From Octopus sinensis (Eukaryota), in the NCBI RefSeq assembly GCF_006345805.1, contig NW_021835865.1:1-37858 (forward strand): a DNA stretch of 37,858 nucleotides, given 5' to 3'. A program made the position numbers and the translations under genes. A model generated the notes under the pieces. It was not told the DNA's origin and did not search any database. It was given only the letters and a program-made list of their open reading frames with translations. Within the stretch, counting starts at the first letter, position 1, and each line of letters opens with the position of its first letter. Below are positions 11,137 through 23,390 of the stretch, piece after piece.

Positions 11137-11597
11137 TTCTAAATAGTTGCTTTACTGAATCGGCAAAATGCTTTTTGCTCTTGTAAAATATAATAATAGA
11201 GAATAAATGTGCAATTAATAGACACAAATATTTCTATGAAGTTTATTTACGTTAATGTAGAAAACAGGTCATCCGTGAAAATATTTTATTTCTTAATGTA
11301 TATTTATGACTATAAATGTTTGTTCAAAAATTCTTTTCATTATAAATTTTATGACAAATTTCATTACTAAATTATCTGCGTGGGTTTGAAACTCAATGGA
11401 GTTGATCACATTTCCCCTTTATTTTAAGATCACATATTTGATGTTTATCAGAATATGACCTAGTTAAACCGAACAAATCCCTTGCATTAGTATAAATGGT
11501 ACGACCGTTCGTTCTGTATCATATTTTGTTCTGTATCATATTTTGTTCATATTTTGTTCTGTATCATATAACTTCTGTTATATATGTCTACATTTGA

Positions 11598-12620
11598 AGG
11601 TGGTGGGCTGTCTGAATCGTTACCGTGCCGGACAAAATGCTTAGCGGCATTTCTTTCGACTTTACGTCTTAAGTTCGAATTGCTTTTCACCCCTTTTGGA
11701 GTGGCTGTGGGGCGATAAAATAAGTACCACTCAAGTAATGGAGGGCGATGTAATCAACTTACCCCATCCTTCAAACTCACTGGCCTTGTGCCAAAATTCG
11801 AGACCATTAAAGGCAGCTAGCGGGTAGAACCGTTAGCACGCCGGGCGAAATGCTTAGCGGTATTTCATCAGCCGTTACGTTGTGAGTTCAAATTCCGCCG
11901 AGGTCGACTTTGCCTTTCATCCTTTCGGGGTCGATAAATTAAGTACCAGTTACGCACTGGAGTCGATGTAATCGACTTAATACCTGTGTCTATTCTTGTT
12001 TGTCCCCTCTATGTTTAGCCCCTTGTGGGTAATAAAGAAATAGGTATTTCATCTGCCGCTACGTTCTGAGTTCAAATTCCGCCGAGGTCGACTTTGCTTT
12101 TCATTATTTCGGGGGCGATTAAATAAGTACCAGTTACGCACTGGGGTCGATGTAATCGACTTAATGCGTTTATCTGTCCTTGTTTTCTCCTCTGTGTTTA
12201 GCCCCTTGTGGGTAGTAAAGAAATAGGTATTTCTTTCGACTTTACGTCTTAAGTTCAAATTCCGCCGACGTCGACTTTGCTTTTCACCCCTTTCGAAGTG
12301 GGTGTGGGGCGATAAAATAAGTACCACTCAAGTAATGGAGGGCGATGTAATCAACTTACCCCTCCCCTCAAACTTACTGGCCTTGTGCCAGAATTCGAGA
12401 CCATTAAAAGCAGCGAGCGGGCAGAACCGTTAGCATACCAGACAAAAAGCTTAGCAGCATTTCGTCCGTGTTTATATTCTGAGCACAAATTCCACCGAGG
12501 TCGGTTTTGCCTTTCACCCCTTTCGATAAAATTAGTGCCGGTCAAGAACCGGAGGCCGATATATTTGACTGTAACCCCTCCCCTCAGAAGCTGCTGATCA
12601 TGTGCCTAAATTCAAAACCA
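11598..12620 (+). mobile_element. tandem cluster of SINE family B copies, old and young
   Basis: Repeated GTTCAAATTCCGCCGAGGTCGACTTTGC units; 11650-11810 is duplicated at ~12230-12410. Confidence 0.8.
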
Positions 12621-12824
12621 TTATTTATGTCTATATTTATGTTTTCTGACCCAATAGGCAAACGAGTTTCTAAGTCTGACGCGCAAAAACAACAAAGCCC
12701 TTTTTGTTCTTTTTACATATCTAAATTCACATTTGGAAATGTTTTCCATGTTATAGTTTATATTAGAGTAAAACTACAAGAGTTTCCCCTCTGATTGCCA
12801 CATAATAACATGACTGCTCTGCTG

Positions 12825-12868
<44 letters not shown>

Positions 12869-15309
12869 ACCTCTCTCTTTTCTTTTATTACCAGCCTCAG
12901 CTTTAGAAAAGTTTTTCAGTAGTTGCTATGTAACTTAACTGCTCTGTTGCCCTTCTCTCACTGACTCCCTCTTCTCCCTTCGTCTCTCTCTCTCTCTCTC
13001 CGTCTCCTTCTTCTTTCTCTCTCTCTTTCTTTATATCTCTCTCTTTCTCTCTCTTTCTCCTCTCCTATCATCTTCCCATCTCTCCTCTTCCCTTACAGCC
13101 AGTTTGTCTTATAATACATCTTGGCTCCTTTTAGTCGACTCTACGACTGGTTCTTGTCTTTGGAATTAATCTATTTGCTCAACTGGATCTCCATATCAAC
13201 CTTTCACCTTTGCCCTAATTACATTGCACTCTTTCCCATTATGACCTCGCAGAGCAGAGAAATTATTCATGGCAGAATCGGTAGAGCGCCAGACCCCAAA
13301 AGGATGTAGTATTTTGTTGCGTTACACCAAATTCAGAGTTCGAACACCGTCGCAGTCGACTTTAACTTTCTGGGACCATAAAATAAGTAGAAATAAGCTG
13401 GGAACAATCACTGAAGGCAAAGCCATTAGAGTGTGTATGTGGTTATAGAATGTCTTCATATATGTAAGTTGTTGCAACGTTGTTTATATCAAAAATGGAA
13501 ATGCAGTATAAGTTGATTGTCTTAGGGAAACGGAAGAATTCATGCGAAAAATAATGTTAAATGCACGATAACAACGGGAAATGTAAAGGAATTGTGGATG
13601 ATGTGCAAAAAAAAGGATAGAAAAATAACATACCATCCTTTCTTCTTGTGAAAATGTACACGACAGGGCAATGGAGAGCTTCATGGATAAGTAGATAGAA
13701 TTTTTAGCAAAGCCAGTAACGGCTACATTTTTGCTATAAACTGGACATTTGTTTAAAGCTGAATGGTTTAACAAAATAGAAACTGTAACACATAAAGCAC
13801 GAGAGATCATAAAAGGTAAGTAAAAAAAAATACTGATGGATGATTTTGAAACTGGAGTTAAGTGTTTGTATTGAGATGCATCATAAATTGCACCTTAAAA
13901 GTGTTCACGTACCGTATTTTCCGGTATTAAAACATCGTTGCCACTTTTCCAAATCCTGCTGCATTTCTCATGGAATGTTTGGTCCTCCAAAGTTGTCTTG
14001 GTGATAGATGTGCCGAGCTTCCATTTTTGCCCGTAAATTTTTGCCTGAAAAACCCGATTTGTATGCTGGATAATAAGTTACTTTTGTCACCGAAAAAATG
14101 TTTTTACACAACATAAGGTTTCTATATACAGGAACTACAAACAATTTAGGGAAATATCGTCATTTGCGAATTGTTAATGATACAAGCGACCTTCCAGACC
14201 AGTCACAAGAATAAGTTACTGAAATCGATGTATTAAATTCAGAATCTGTTTAGTGCTACTGGAAAATTTTCAACATCAATGGCAGAAGACGTGTATCTCC
14301 TTCCCGCCATTACCACTTCACACAAAACAAACAAAAGCTTATAACCGCCATCTTCCTATGTTAAAAATCAATAATCATGAAAACTGTTAGTAACTATAAT
14401 TTAAATGCAAAATATTATTAGAATGAACTAAACATCATTATCGAATTTATTGTAAATATGTTGCCACAACACTACACAACAATATTAGTGGAAGTGGCGA
14501 ACCATAATGTAATCAAATTATGTTTTTCAAACTGAAGCTTCGTTTAATCAGATAAACTTTTTTCTTCAAAATATAAAGATGCATTATATTCAATACATAA
14601 ATGTCATGCTCAAGTTGTTTAACACCGTCTCAGAGGTGGCTGAGTGCACCTATGGTCAAAGGTGTGTGAGTCATAACTATCTCACCTTTCTTGGCACAAA
14701 AGGTGGATAGTATAACCTAGACTACTTTAGTCAATGTATCCTTCCTCGTTTATGATGTTATGGTAGATTTGGCAGCTATTTTTAGCAGATTGAATAACCG
14801 TGTATACGTTCCCTTATCGCTTTGCCTTATTCTGGTATATCGTACACATTTATATATATATATATCTGTGTGCGTATGTGTGTGTGTGTGTTTGTGTGTT
14901 TGTGTGTGTGTGTGTTGTGTGTGTGTGTGTGTGTACGAGAAATTTTAATGTATAGTACAATTGTCTTTTTTGTGCTCGTTTATGAGCTAAGGAGTAATAA
15001 AAAAGTTGTTGTACAAGATAAAAATTTCAGTTGTCAGTACTTTACATTCGAAAACTAAATCGTGCTTACAGCGATTTATAAGACTTGGATGGGATACATT
15101 ATTTTATTAAAAAATTCAAATAATAAAAAAAATAATAAAAGATAATAAAAAAGTATAATAAAAATAAGATATAAAATGTACATGAAGTAAGATATAAGAA
15201 CATGAAAACCGTGTGTGCGTGTGTAGATACATGTATTCAAGGAGGAATAAATAGAAATCAGTAGTACGAGATATCATGAAGGTAAAAGTCACCATCATCG
15301 TGTCCAATG

Positions 15310-16775
15310 AGGCTTAGCTACCTTGCGTAGAGAACGCTATCAAAGGATACGAGGCGGTGGCAGGGGAAAAAGTTAGAAAGGACGAGTCCATCGGCTTGCA
15401 TCGCGGCACCTGGAGGAACAAGTCGATATCGTTCAGTGTCGTGGATCACTGGACAGATAGTCCTGTTAAATTGCTTGGAGTTTGGTTTGGACCGGACTCC
15501 CAGGTGGAGAAAAATTGGAGCGAAGTTGCAGACAAGGTGGAGGCCCTAGTCCGGACTTGGTCCGGACAGGCTCTGTCCATGAAAGGAAGGGTGGAGGCGG
15601 TACAGGTGCCTATTGCATTTGTAATTACCTACCACCTAACCGTTGTCTCTTGGCCCGACTCATAGTTAAACAAGTTGGAACGCCTTCTCTTCCGCTTATT
15701 GTGGAAAGGAGGAAAGCCAATTGCGAGGCGCTCCGTCTGCTGCAAGGGTGGGTTAGGGATGCCCTGTCTAATGATGCGCAGACATGCGCTGAGGCTGAGA
15801 CATCTCTGGCGCTACACTGACGGTGACAAGGTGTGGAATTCGCTGGCGGAGGGATTCTTTCCGCGACCAGCTTCTTTGGAAAGATTCAAACCCAGTTTTA
15901 TTAATAGACGTAATTTGACAGAATGGCAAAAGGAGTGTCGACAGCCACTCGTGCTAATCCACAAGATGGGCAAGGCCGGCAGTGGGAATACCACCTCGGT
16001 TTTGTATAAAGGGCTGGTAGAGTTTTAAAATGATGACGTCCTACAAGGGGCTCTGGGGTTCAACGAGAACCAACTTGCCAACCTGTTCCAAAAAACTTTT
16101 AGGCCGGGGTATTTGGATAATTACCAAAAATCCCTGACCTGGTAGTACTACAGGAACGCTTTGCCGGTTCGCGATAAGTTAGCCAGGCACGGAATGTCAG
16201 TGCCAACGGCATGTCCAAGATGTGGGCTGGAGTATGGAACCGTCTGGCACGCTTTTGTACAGTACCGGAAACTTTCAGGCTTGATAATTTACGTTGAACA
16301 CGTGTTGTCACGCCTAGGCAGAGTACAGCTATCAGCTGAGTCTATAGTAAAGATTGTGCCGCCAACTGGACTCTCAAAGGAGGGTGAGGCATGTTTTCTC
16401 TGTCCAGTTGCAGTGTTGAAAGAGTGTGTGTGGAAGACCAGATTGCAAGGACTTGTGACGGGATCCTTCATCTCTGGCCCTAGTTTGCAGTCATACTTTA
16501 GATATCATCTGAAGAGCAAAATAAGGCTGGAGAAGAGATGCCAGTCGCGAGGTGTGTCCGAGAAAAGATGGAAGGCTGTGGTAAGAAAGGTGGCTGCAAG
16601 TGACCCTGCTTAGTCCGTATGGGAAAAAGAAAAGGTATAGTCGCCGGGCTTTTCAGCCAATCAGGTTTAATCCCCGCCCTCCATTTAAAAACTAAGTATC
16701 ATATGAACGCATAATAACAATAATCGTGTGTATTGTCCTGTTTTGTCCCCTCTATGTACGATATTAATTATCATA
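15310..16775 (+). mobile_element. L1/Tx1-clade non-LTR retrotransposon, 5'-truncated ORF2 (end of RT domain to CCHC zinc finger) plus 3' UTR
   Basis: VKLLGVWFG, LSMKGRV, GGLGMP, LPVRDKL...CPRCG...TVWHAF motifs across ORFs 15357-15665, 15675-16028 and 16161-16613, with stops and a frameshift. Confidence 0.85.
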
Positions 16776-16785
16776 AAAATTCATC

Positions 16786-16865
16786 TCTAGCGGACGAGAT
16801 GTCCAGTACTGAAGAGAGGCAGAAATAGCCCGAAACCAGGCTGGTCTGCTAGTCCCGTCGCTAGA
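16786..16865 (+). ncRNA. type I hammerhead ribozyme (predicted)
   Basis: Core CTGAAGA 16809-16815, stem II G(A)GGC/GCCC, GAAA 16832-16835, stem III ACCA/TGGT, GTC site 16844-16846, extended stem I TCTAGC(G)GACG...AGTA / TGCT...CGTCGCTAGA. Confidence 0.75.
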
Positions 16866-16882
16866 AGGCGGTAGGAGTTCAC

Positions 16883-17069
16883 TACATACATACATACATA
16901 CATACATACATACATACATACACATACACACATACATACATACATACATACATGAATACATACATACATACATACATACATACATACATACATACATACA
17001 TACATACATACATACATGATACATACATACATACATACACATACATACATACATACATACATACATACA

Positions 17070-17100
<31 letters not shown>
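16883..17100. repeat. (TACA)n microsatellite
   Basis: Directly visible. Confidence 0.97.
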
Positions 17101-17189
17101 GCAGACATGCATGTAAATGCATATTGAAAGTACCTGAAATTGAAACCATATAATAGTGAAAGTATTAATAGAAATGTTATTGTTTAACT

Positions 17190-17395
17190 TTTGACAGGTA
17201 ATACGGAAACCGAGATAAGAGATTGCTCCGGGCTCGCATTAAGCGAGAAATTGATTTTTTTTTACCCATGACACTGCATGAACCCTAATTAAAGCATGTG
17301 TAAAATTTGAATGAAATCCGTTGGGTAGTTCCCGAGTTTTAGTTGTGCACACATACAAACACGCAGACAGACACACATTCTCAGTTTTACTATAT
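17190..17395 (+). mobile_element. non-autonomous Helitron/Helentron-like fragment
   Basis: GTAAAATTTGAATGAAATCCGTTGGGTAGTT followed by a (CAGA/CA) tract and TTTTACTATATA resembles such elements; recognised from memory only. Confidence 0.35.
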
Positions 17396-17562
17396 ATATA
17401 TATAATAGTAATATAAATATATGCATATATACATACATATATGTACATACCTGCGTCTATATGTATATATATACATGCATATATGGGTACAGGACATCAA
17501 AAAGACGTTGAACACAATGAGAAACGAAAACATAAAAACAAAAACATAGAAACGAGACATAT

Positions 17563-17992
17563 AGGCGCAGGAGTGGCTATAGGCGCAGGAGTGGCTGTGT
17601 GGTAAGTAGCTTGCTTACCAACCACATGGTTCCGGGTTCAGTCCCACTGCGTGGCATCTTGGGCAAGTGTTTTCTGCTATAGCCCCGGGCCGACCAATGC
17701 CTTGTGAGTGGATTTGGTAGACGGAAACTGAAAGAAGCCTGTCGTATATATGTATATATATATATGTGTTTGTTTGTGTGTCTGTGTTTGTTCCCCTAGC
17801 ATTGCTTGACAACCGATGCTGGTGTGTTTACGTCCCCGTCACTTAGCGGTTCGGCAAAAAAGAGACCGATAGAATAAGTACTGGGCTTACAAAGAATAAG
17901 TCCTGGGTTCGAGTTGCTCGATTAAAGGCGGTGCTCCAGCATGGCCGCAGTCAAATGACTGAAACAAGTAAAAGAGAAAAAGAGAAAAGAGA
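17563..17992 (+). mobile_element. SINE family A with duplicated 18-nt head
   Basis: AGGCGCAGGAGTGGCT occurs twice (17563, 17581); body matches 5058-5470. Confidence 0.9.
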
Positions 17993-18370
17993 TATAACAT
18001 AGGGAATATTCCCCTTCTTCAGTTGTCCCTGTTTCATCAACTCCGCGTTTCCTGTATCCATATATGCATGTATATATACATATATATGTAGGTATGTACA
18101 TATATGTATGTATATATGCATATATTTATATATTATTTATATTATTATATGATCGAACGCCACGCATCCTTTTCCAAGTAAACGCATTGAGTCGAAACAG
18201 GGGCAGCTGAAGAAGGGGAATGTTCCTTGTGCTGGTTGTCTTGTACTCTGTTTTTTCGATGTTAAAAAAAATGGTCCGTTTCCTTGTTTGGTTTTATGTT
18301 TTCGTTTCTCGTTGTGTTCTACGTTTATTTGTGGTGTCCTGTACTCATATATGCATGTATATATACATAT

Positions 18371-18542
18371 AGGCGCAGGAGTGGCTGTGTGGTAAGTAGC
18401 TTGCTAACCAACCACATAGTTCCGGGTTCAGTCCCACTGCGTGGCATCTTGGGCAAGTGTCTTCTGCTATATCCCCGGGCCGACCAATGCCTTGTGAGTG
18501 GATTTGGTAGACGGAAACTGAAAGAAGCCTGTCGTATATATG

Positions 18543-18573
<31 letters not shown>

Positions 18574-18790
18574 GTGTGTGTTTGTCCCCCTAGTATTGCT
18601 TGACAACCGATGCTGGTGTGTTTACGTCCCCGTCACTTAGTGGTTCGGCAAAAGAGACCGATAGAATAAGTACTGGGCTTACAAAGAATAAGTCCCGGGG
18701 TCGATTTGCTCGACTAAAGGCGGTGCTCCAGCATGGCCACAGTCAAAAATGACTGAAACAAGTAAAAGAGTAAAAAAAAAAAAAGAGAGT
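18371..18790 (+). mobile_element. SINE family A
   Basis: Near-identical to 5058-5470. Confidence 0.9.
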
Positions 18791-18839
18791 ATGGACATAT
18801 ATGTATGTATGTATGTATATGTTTTATTTATTAAATTGT

Positions 18840-18877
<38 letters not shown>

Positions 18878-18879
18878 TC

Positions 18880-19315
18880 ATCCAAAATGTCTTGCAAACA
18901 ACTTGCACATGCAAGTGCTACCAGTTAAATGCTCCGTATACCGGAAGCTAGCAAGTGTATGGGGTCATCAGGAGAGAATGCGCGCCGTTTCGGGGCCTAC
19001 CTCTCGACGGCCTCAATGCGCACCGGCCCCCCCTCACTGATATGAGGCCCCGCTTGCTAGATCAGCTGGTTATGAAGAACTCAATATACTTCTAGCCATC
19101 GCTCATCGTCTCTTTTTAACCAAACCCAGTGGCTAGCCTTCTCCACTGTAGATTGGATATCAGTCATGGTGGTATTGACTTTACGATGAGTTAGGCCTAA
19201 CGATAACAACAGTCGTCTCACGCTGTGTAAATCTTTTCCTATATCGTATATTGAGCTTGATAATTTTCCCATGTGGCACGCTTGAACAACTATGAAGAGA
19301 TGTTCACATGAATCA
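18880..19315 (-). mobile_element. HERO-like (RLE-type) non-LTR retrotransposon 3' end
   Basis: ORF 19081-19272 ends ...LLSLG...VEKASHWVWLKRDDERW, resembling the HERO restriction-like endonuclease C-terminus; followed by a GC-rich structured 3' UTR. Confidence 0.65.
18961..19011 (-). ncRNA. non-circularly permuted hammerhead-like motif
   Basis: Minus strand GCCGTC-GAGAG-GTAGGCCCC-GAAACGGC-GCGCATT-CTCTC-CTGATGA-CCCC; stems I and III perfect, stem II not canonical. Confidence 0.6.
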
Positions 19316-19449
19316 ATTGTTTTATTTATTTATTTATTTATTTATTTATTTTGTTAACCCAGATATAGAAAGTATAGAAAGTATTTATCCACCAATGCGG
19401 TGTCGAGCACTCATTGTCAGTGTTCGATATTAGCGTGCAAGTTCACACG

Positions 19450-19490
<41 letters not shown>

Positions 19491-19748
19491 CCGTGAGTAA
19501 GCATGTTGACTACGTGTATTTTTTTTCTATGTAGTCGGCACATTATAGTATGAAAAGCTGTTAAATCCCATTACTACGCTTCCTTTATTCGTACACGACA
19601 ATCTCATTCTATTCATTTCCAAGCAATGTGTATATTTTCTAAACGTATGGCAGTAACCGGAATTGCATCTCTTTACGTAGAAAAGTAACTAATTTTCGAC
19701 AAAATAAATACGAAGCTGAAGCAACTACAGGGGACAGTATTTCTATAT

Positions 19749-19980
19749 CTATTTCTTTACTACCCACAAGGGGCTAAACACAGAGAGGACAAACAAGGAC
19801 AGACAAACGGATTAAGTCGATTATATCGATCCCAGTGCATAACTGGTACTTAATTTATCGACCGCGAAAGGATGAAAGGCAAAGTCCACCTCGGCGGAAT
19901 TTGAACTCAGAACGTAACGGCAGACGAAATACAGCTACGCATTTCGCCCGGCGTGCTAACGTTTCTGCCAGCTCGCCGCC
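19749..19980 (-). mobile_element. SINE family B, full length
   Basis: Matches 4695-4926. Confidence 0.88.
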
Positions 19981-20249
19981 TTTGGGACAGTAATATCGAA
20001 GTAGATCCATCGAAGTGTATGCCCGAGTATGACCACAGTCCGATGGCTGAAGCAATGAAAAGAATAAAGAATGATAGAATATAAGGATGGAAGTCATAAT
20101 GTGAACACTGACGTAAAGTCTGATAAAACTTCCTTATATAAGCATACAAACGCAAGCACACCGCACATATGTCTATGTATGGATATCAAAAAGTTTGAGA
20201 TATATTTTTGCAGCGTGATCAACAAACCACATCACGCAAATATATATAT

Positions 20250-20830
20250 AGGCGCAGGAGTGGCTGTGTGATAGTACTGGTAGGAACGTCAGCACGCCGG
20301 GGAAAATGCGTAGCCGTATTTCTTCTGCCGTTAGGTTCTGAGTTCAAATTCCGCTGAGGTCGACTTTGCCTTTCGTCCTTTCGGGGTCGATACATTAAGT
20401 ACCAGTTACGCACTGGAGTCGATACATTAAGTACCAGTTACGCACTGGGGTCGATACATTAAGTACCAGTTACGCACTGGGGTCGATACATTAAGTACCA
20501 GTTACGCACTGGGGTCGATACATTAAGTACCAGTTACGCACTGGGGTCGATACATTAAGTACCAGTTACGCACTGGAGTCGATGTAATCGACTTAACCCC
20601 ATTGTCTGTCATTGTTTGTCCCTTCTATGTTTAGCCCCTTGTGGGTAATAAAGAAGCTTGCTTCCCAACCAAACGGTTCCGAGTTCAGTCCCACTGCGTG
20701 GCACCTTGGGCAAGTGTCTTCTACTATAGCCTCGTCCCGACCAAAACTTTGTGAGTGGAGTTGGTAGACGGAAACTGAAAGAAGCTTGGCCGCAGTCAAA
20801 TGACTGAAACAAGTAAGAGAATAACAGAAT
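20250..20830 (+). mobile_element. nested SINE: family B (20281-20653) inserted into the head of a family A copy
   Basis: A head at 20250-20270 resumes at 20655 (AGCTTGCTTCCCAACC); the A copy lacks its middle section. Confidence 0.8.
20383..20583 (+). repeat. 32-bp minisatellite, 6 units
   Basis: GG(G/A)GTCGATACATTAAGTACCAGTTACGCACT repeated; GTCGA at 20386, 20418, 20450, 20482, 20514, 20546 and 20578. Confidence 0.95.
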
Positions 20831-21521
20831 AAAATAGTATATATACATGTGTGTGTGTGTGTATTCTATATATATGTATATATATCTACCTATCTACCTA
20901 TCTATCTATCTATCTATTTATCTATCTGTCTGTCTGTCTGTCTGTATGTATGTATGTATGTATGTATGTATGTATGTATGTATGTATGTATTCCTGTATG
21001 TGTGCCTGTATGTCTGTATGTATGTATGTATGTATGTATAACGCATATTGTTGCAACTCAATTAGGGTGGAAAGGGCACCTAAACTGTCTGACATACGAT
21101 AAAAATTTCGCTTCTTCTGTGCTTCCATATAACTTTCCAGTGTTCTTTTATAATAGAGATCATAAGTAAACTTCTTTTTGTCGAATTAGGGTGGAGCTGG
21201 GAATTTGACACAAGTCTATGCTTTTACAAACCTTGGCTTTTATGTAACACCATATATTGGGAAGTAGTGGGAGTCGAATTTCACTTTATTAAAACAACTG
21301 TTCGGCACAACAGCGTCATCAGATACGTGGTTTATTCTAATTCTTTGGATAAAGGCAAGCAGACTTATACGATTAAGATAGAGAGAGGTAGCTTTCTGTT
21401 TAAGCATCCACAACAATGGATTCGTCATTTTTTGAGGGGTGTTTTGGTTGCTATATCTAGCAGCTCATTGGACCATGCGCGTACGTGTGTGTAGAAACTT
21501 ACATATATATTATAAGATAGC

Positions 21522-21574
<53 letters not shown>

Positions 21575-21583
21575 CATCCATCT

Positions 21584-21778
21584 ATCTTTTATTTGTTTCA
21601 GTCATTTGACTGCGGCCATGATGGAGCACCGCCTTTAGTCGAACGAATCGGCCCCAGGACTTATTCTTTGTAAGCCTAGTACTTATTCTATCAGTCTCTG
21701 TAGCGAACCGCCAAGTTACGGGGGACGTAAACACACCAACATCGGTTGTCAAGCAATTGTAGGGAGACACACAAACAT

Positions 21779-21829
<51 letters not shown>

Positions 21830-22018
21830 ATATATATAGATATATATATATATATATACATACATATAGATAGATAGATATAGATATATATATATATATG
21901 ACGAGCTTCCAAATCCACTCACAAGGTTTTGGTCAGCCCAAGTTGCCACGCAGTGGGACTGAACCCGGAACCATGTGGTTGTTAAGCAAGCTACTTACAA
22001 CATAGCCAGTCCTGCGCC

Positions 22019-22019
<1 letters not shown>
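21584..22019 (-). mobile_element. SINE family A with internal deletions
   Basis: Reverse complement of the family A head and tail. Confidence 0.85.
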
Positions 22020-22051
<32 letters not shown>

Positions 22052-22519
22052 TATATATTACATATGTATGTATGCGTGTGTATGTATCTATGTCTGCATG
22101 TGTGTACGTTTGTATATATTGTGTGGATTAATGTGTGTATATTATTATATATTCATCATTTATTTACCTTCGCTGTGCAGAAAAGCTGTTGTTGTTTTTG
22201 TTGCTGCTACTGTTGTTTGCTTAACCCAAGGCCAGGCTTGATCCAATAAAAACCTATGATAAAATGCATCCCAGCCGTGGCTACCATCAAGTTTTTCTGT
22301 GTTCATGAAACCTAGGACCCAGAATATCAAGCCTATGTCCTTCTTAATTCAAGACGTCAGCGTGAAACTTGAAGGGCATTTGGCTGCAATTTCACGCAGA
22401 ACGACTAACCACATAGAAGTGCCTTTCTCATTGGCTCCTAGGCAGAGTTGCGGGATTAAGGAGCTCGCTTTGCAAATCGCTGGCTGTCACGGCACCACGG
22501 AAAAGTATCTTTTGCTATA

Positions 22520-22915
22520 GCGTGGGTGCCTGGCTAAGTGGTTAGGGTATTAGGCTCATGGTCGTAATATTGTGAGTTCGATACCTTGCGGCGTGTTGTA
22601 TCCTTAAGCAAGACACTTTATTTCACGTTGCTTCAGTCTAAGCTAGCACAAATGAGCTGCACCCAAAAATGAATTGTACTCAAGTGAGTTCTACTGAAAC
22701 GTGAGTTTGTACTCAAAAGTGAGTTGTACTCACACGGACCCATCGTCTGAGAACCGGTGTTGGCTTGTCTACGTTCCCATAACTTAGTAGTTTGGCCAAA
22801 AATTAAACAATAAAATAACTTCCGAACTTGAAAATCATTTATTCGGCTAAAACCCTTCAAGGCGGTGTTCCAGCATGGCAGCTGTCAAATGGGTGAAACA
22901 AATAAAAAATAAAAA
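22520..22915 (+). mobile_element. old CORE-type SINE with internal ~18-bp tandem repeat (22650-22733)
   Basis: TGGCTAAGTGGTTAGG...GAGTTCGATACC head, CCTTAAGCAAGACACTT core, GGCGGTGTTCCAGCATGG tail. Confidence 0.6.
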
Positions 22916-23034
22916 GTTAGAAAAACAGCAGAAACGAACGAAGTCAAATAAAAAATGCCTTTGATCTATTTTATTGAATTACTTTTCGTTTCATGTCCTC
23001 AATAATCAATAAATTCATTTTTATTTTCTAGGTT

Positions 23035-23390
23035 TTTTATTAAATACCGGCAATAGACCAGCCTTGAAGACTGAATCACGATTTAATGACAAGGAAATAA
23101 AGAAAAAGAAGCAAAAGATGATGGGGAGAGAGTTGATGGTTGCTTGGGCCAGAAAAAAAGGCGGCTTCAGCCGCGCCCTGCGGATATGACCGCGATGGTG
23201 TTGCTGCAAAAAAGGGTCAGCGGCACTTACTGCAGCAGGCATCGGGCCTCATTTCTGAGACGAGCCGCCGGTAGTTCGAGGTCAGAGAACACCCGAAGTC
23301 TCAATGGCGATCGAAACAAGCTGATAGCGGCCAATCGACTTAGAAAGAAGACATTGGGAGGTCCATTAAATCGATGACCCTCTTATTTCA
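23035..23390 (-). mobile_element. possible decayed LINE ORF2 3' fragment
   Basis: Minus-strand FF...NSLP.IF...FK spacing resembles CR1/Jockey-group C-termini. Confidence 0.3.

Larger units (their letters stand above)
17400..18845. mobile_element. inverted pair of an unnamed dispersed repeat (family P, Penelope-pLTR-like), each arm interrupted by a SINE A
   Basis: CATGCATATATGGGTACAGGACA...GAACACAATGAGAAACGAAAACATAAA at 17474-17535 is reverse-complemented at 18295-18358 and repeated at 31827-31895. Confidence 0.65.

Noticed and set aside
13484-13810. 108-aa ORF and possible old transposon coding remnant
   Set aside because: No recognisable motif; cannot assign
20383-20583. 32-bp repeats as a CRISPR array
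   Set aside because: Contiguous tandem units with no spacers, derived from SINE B
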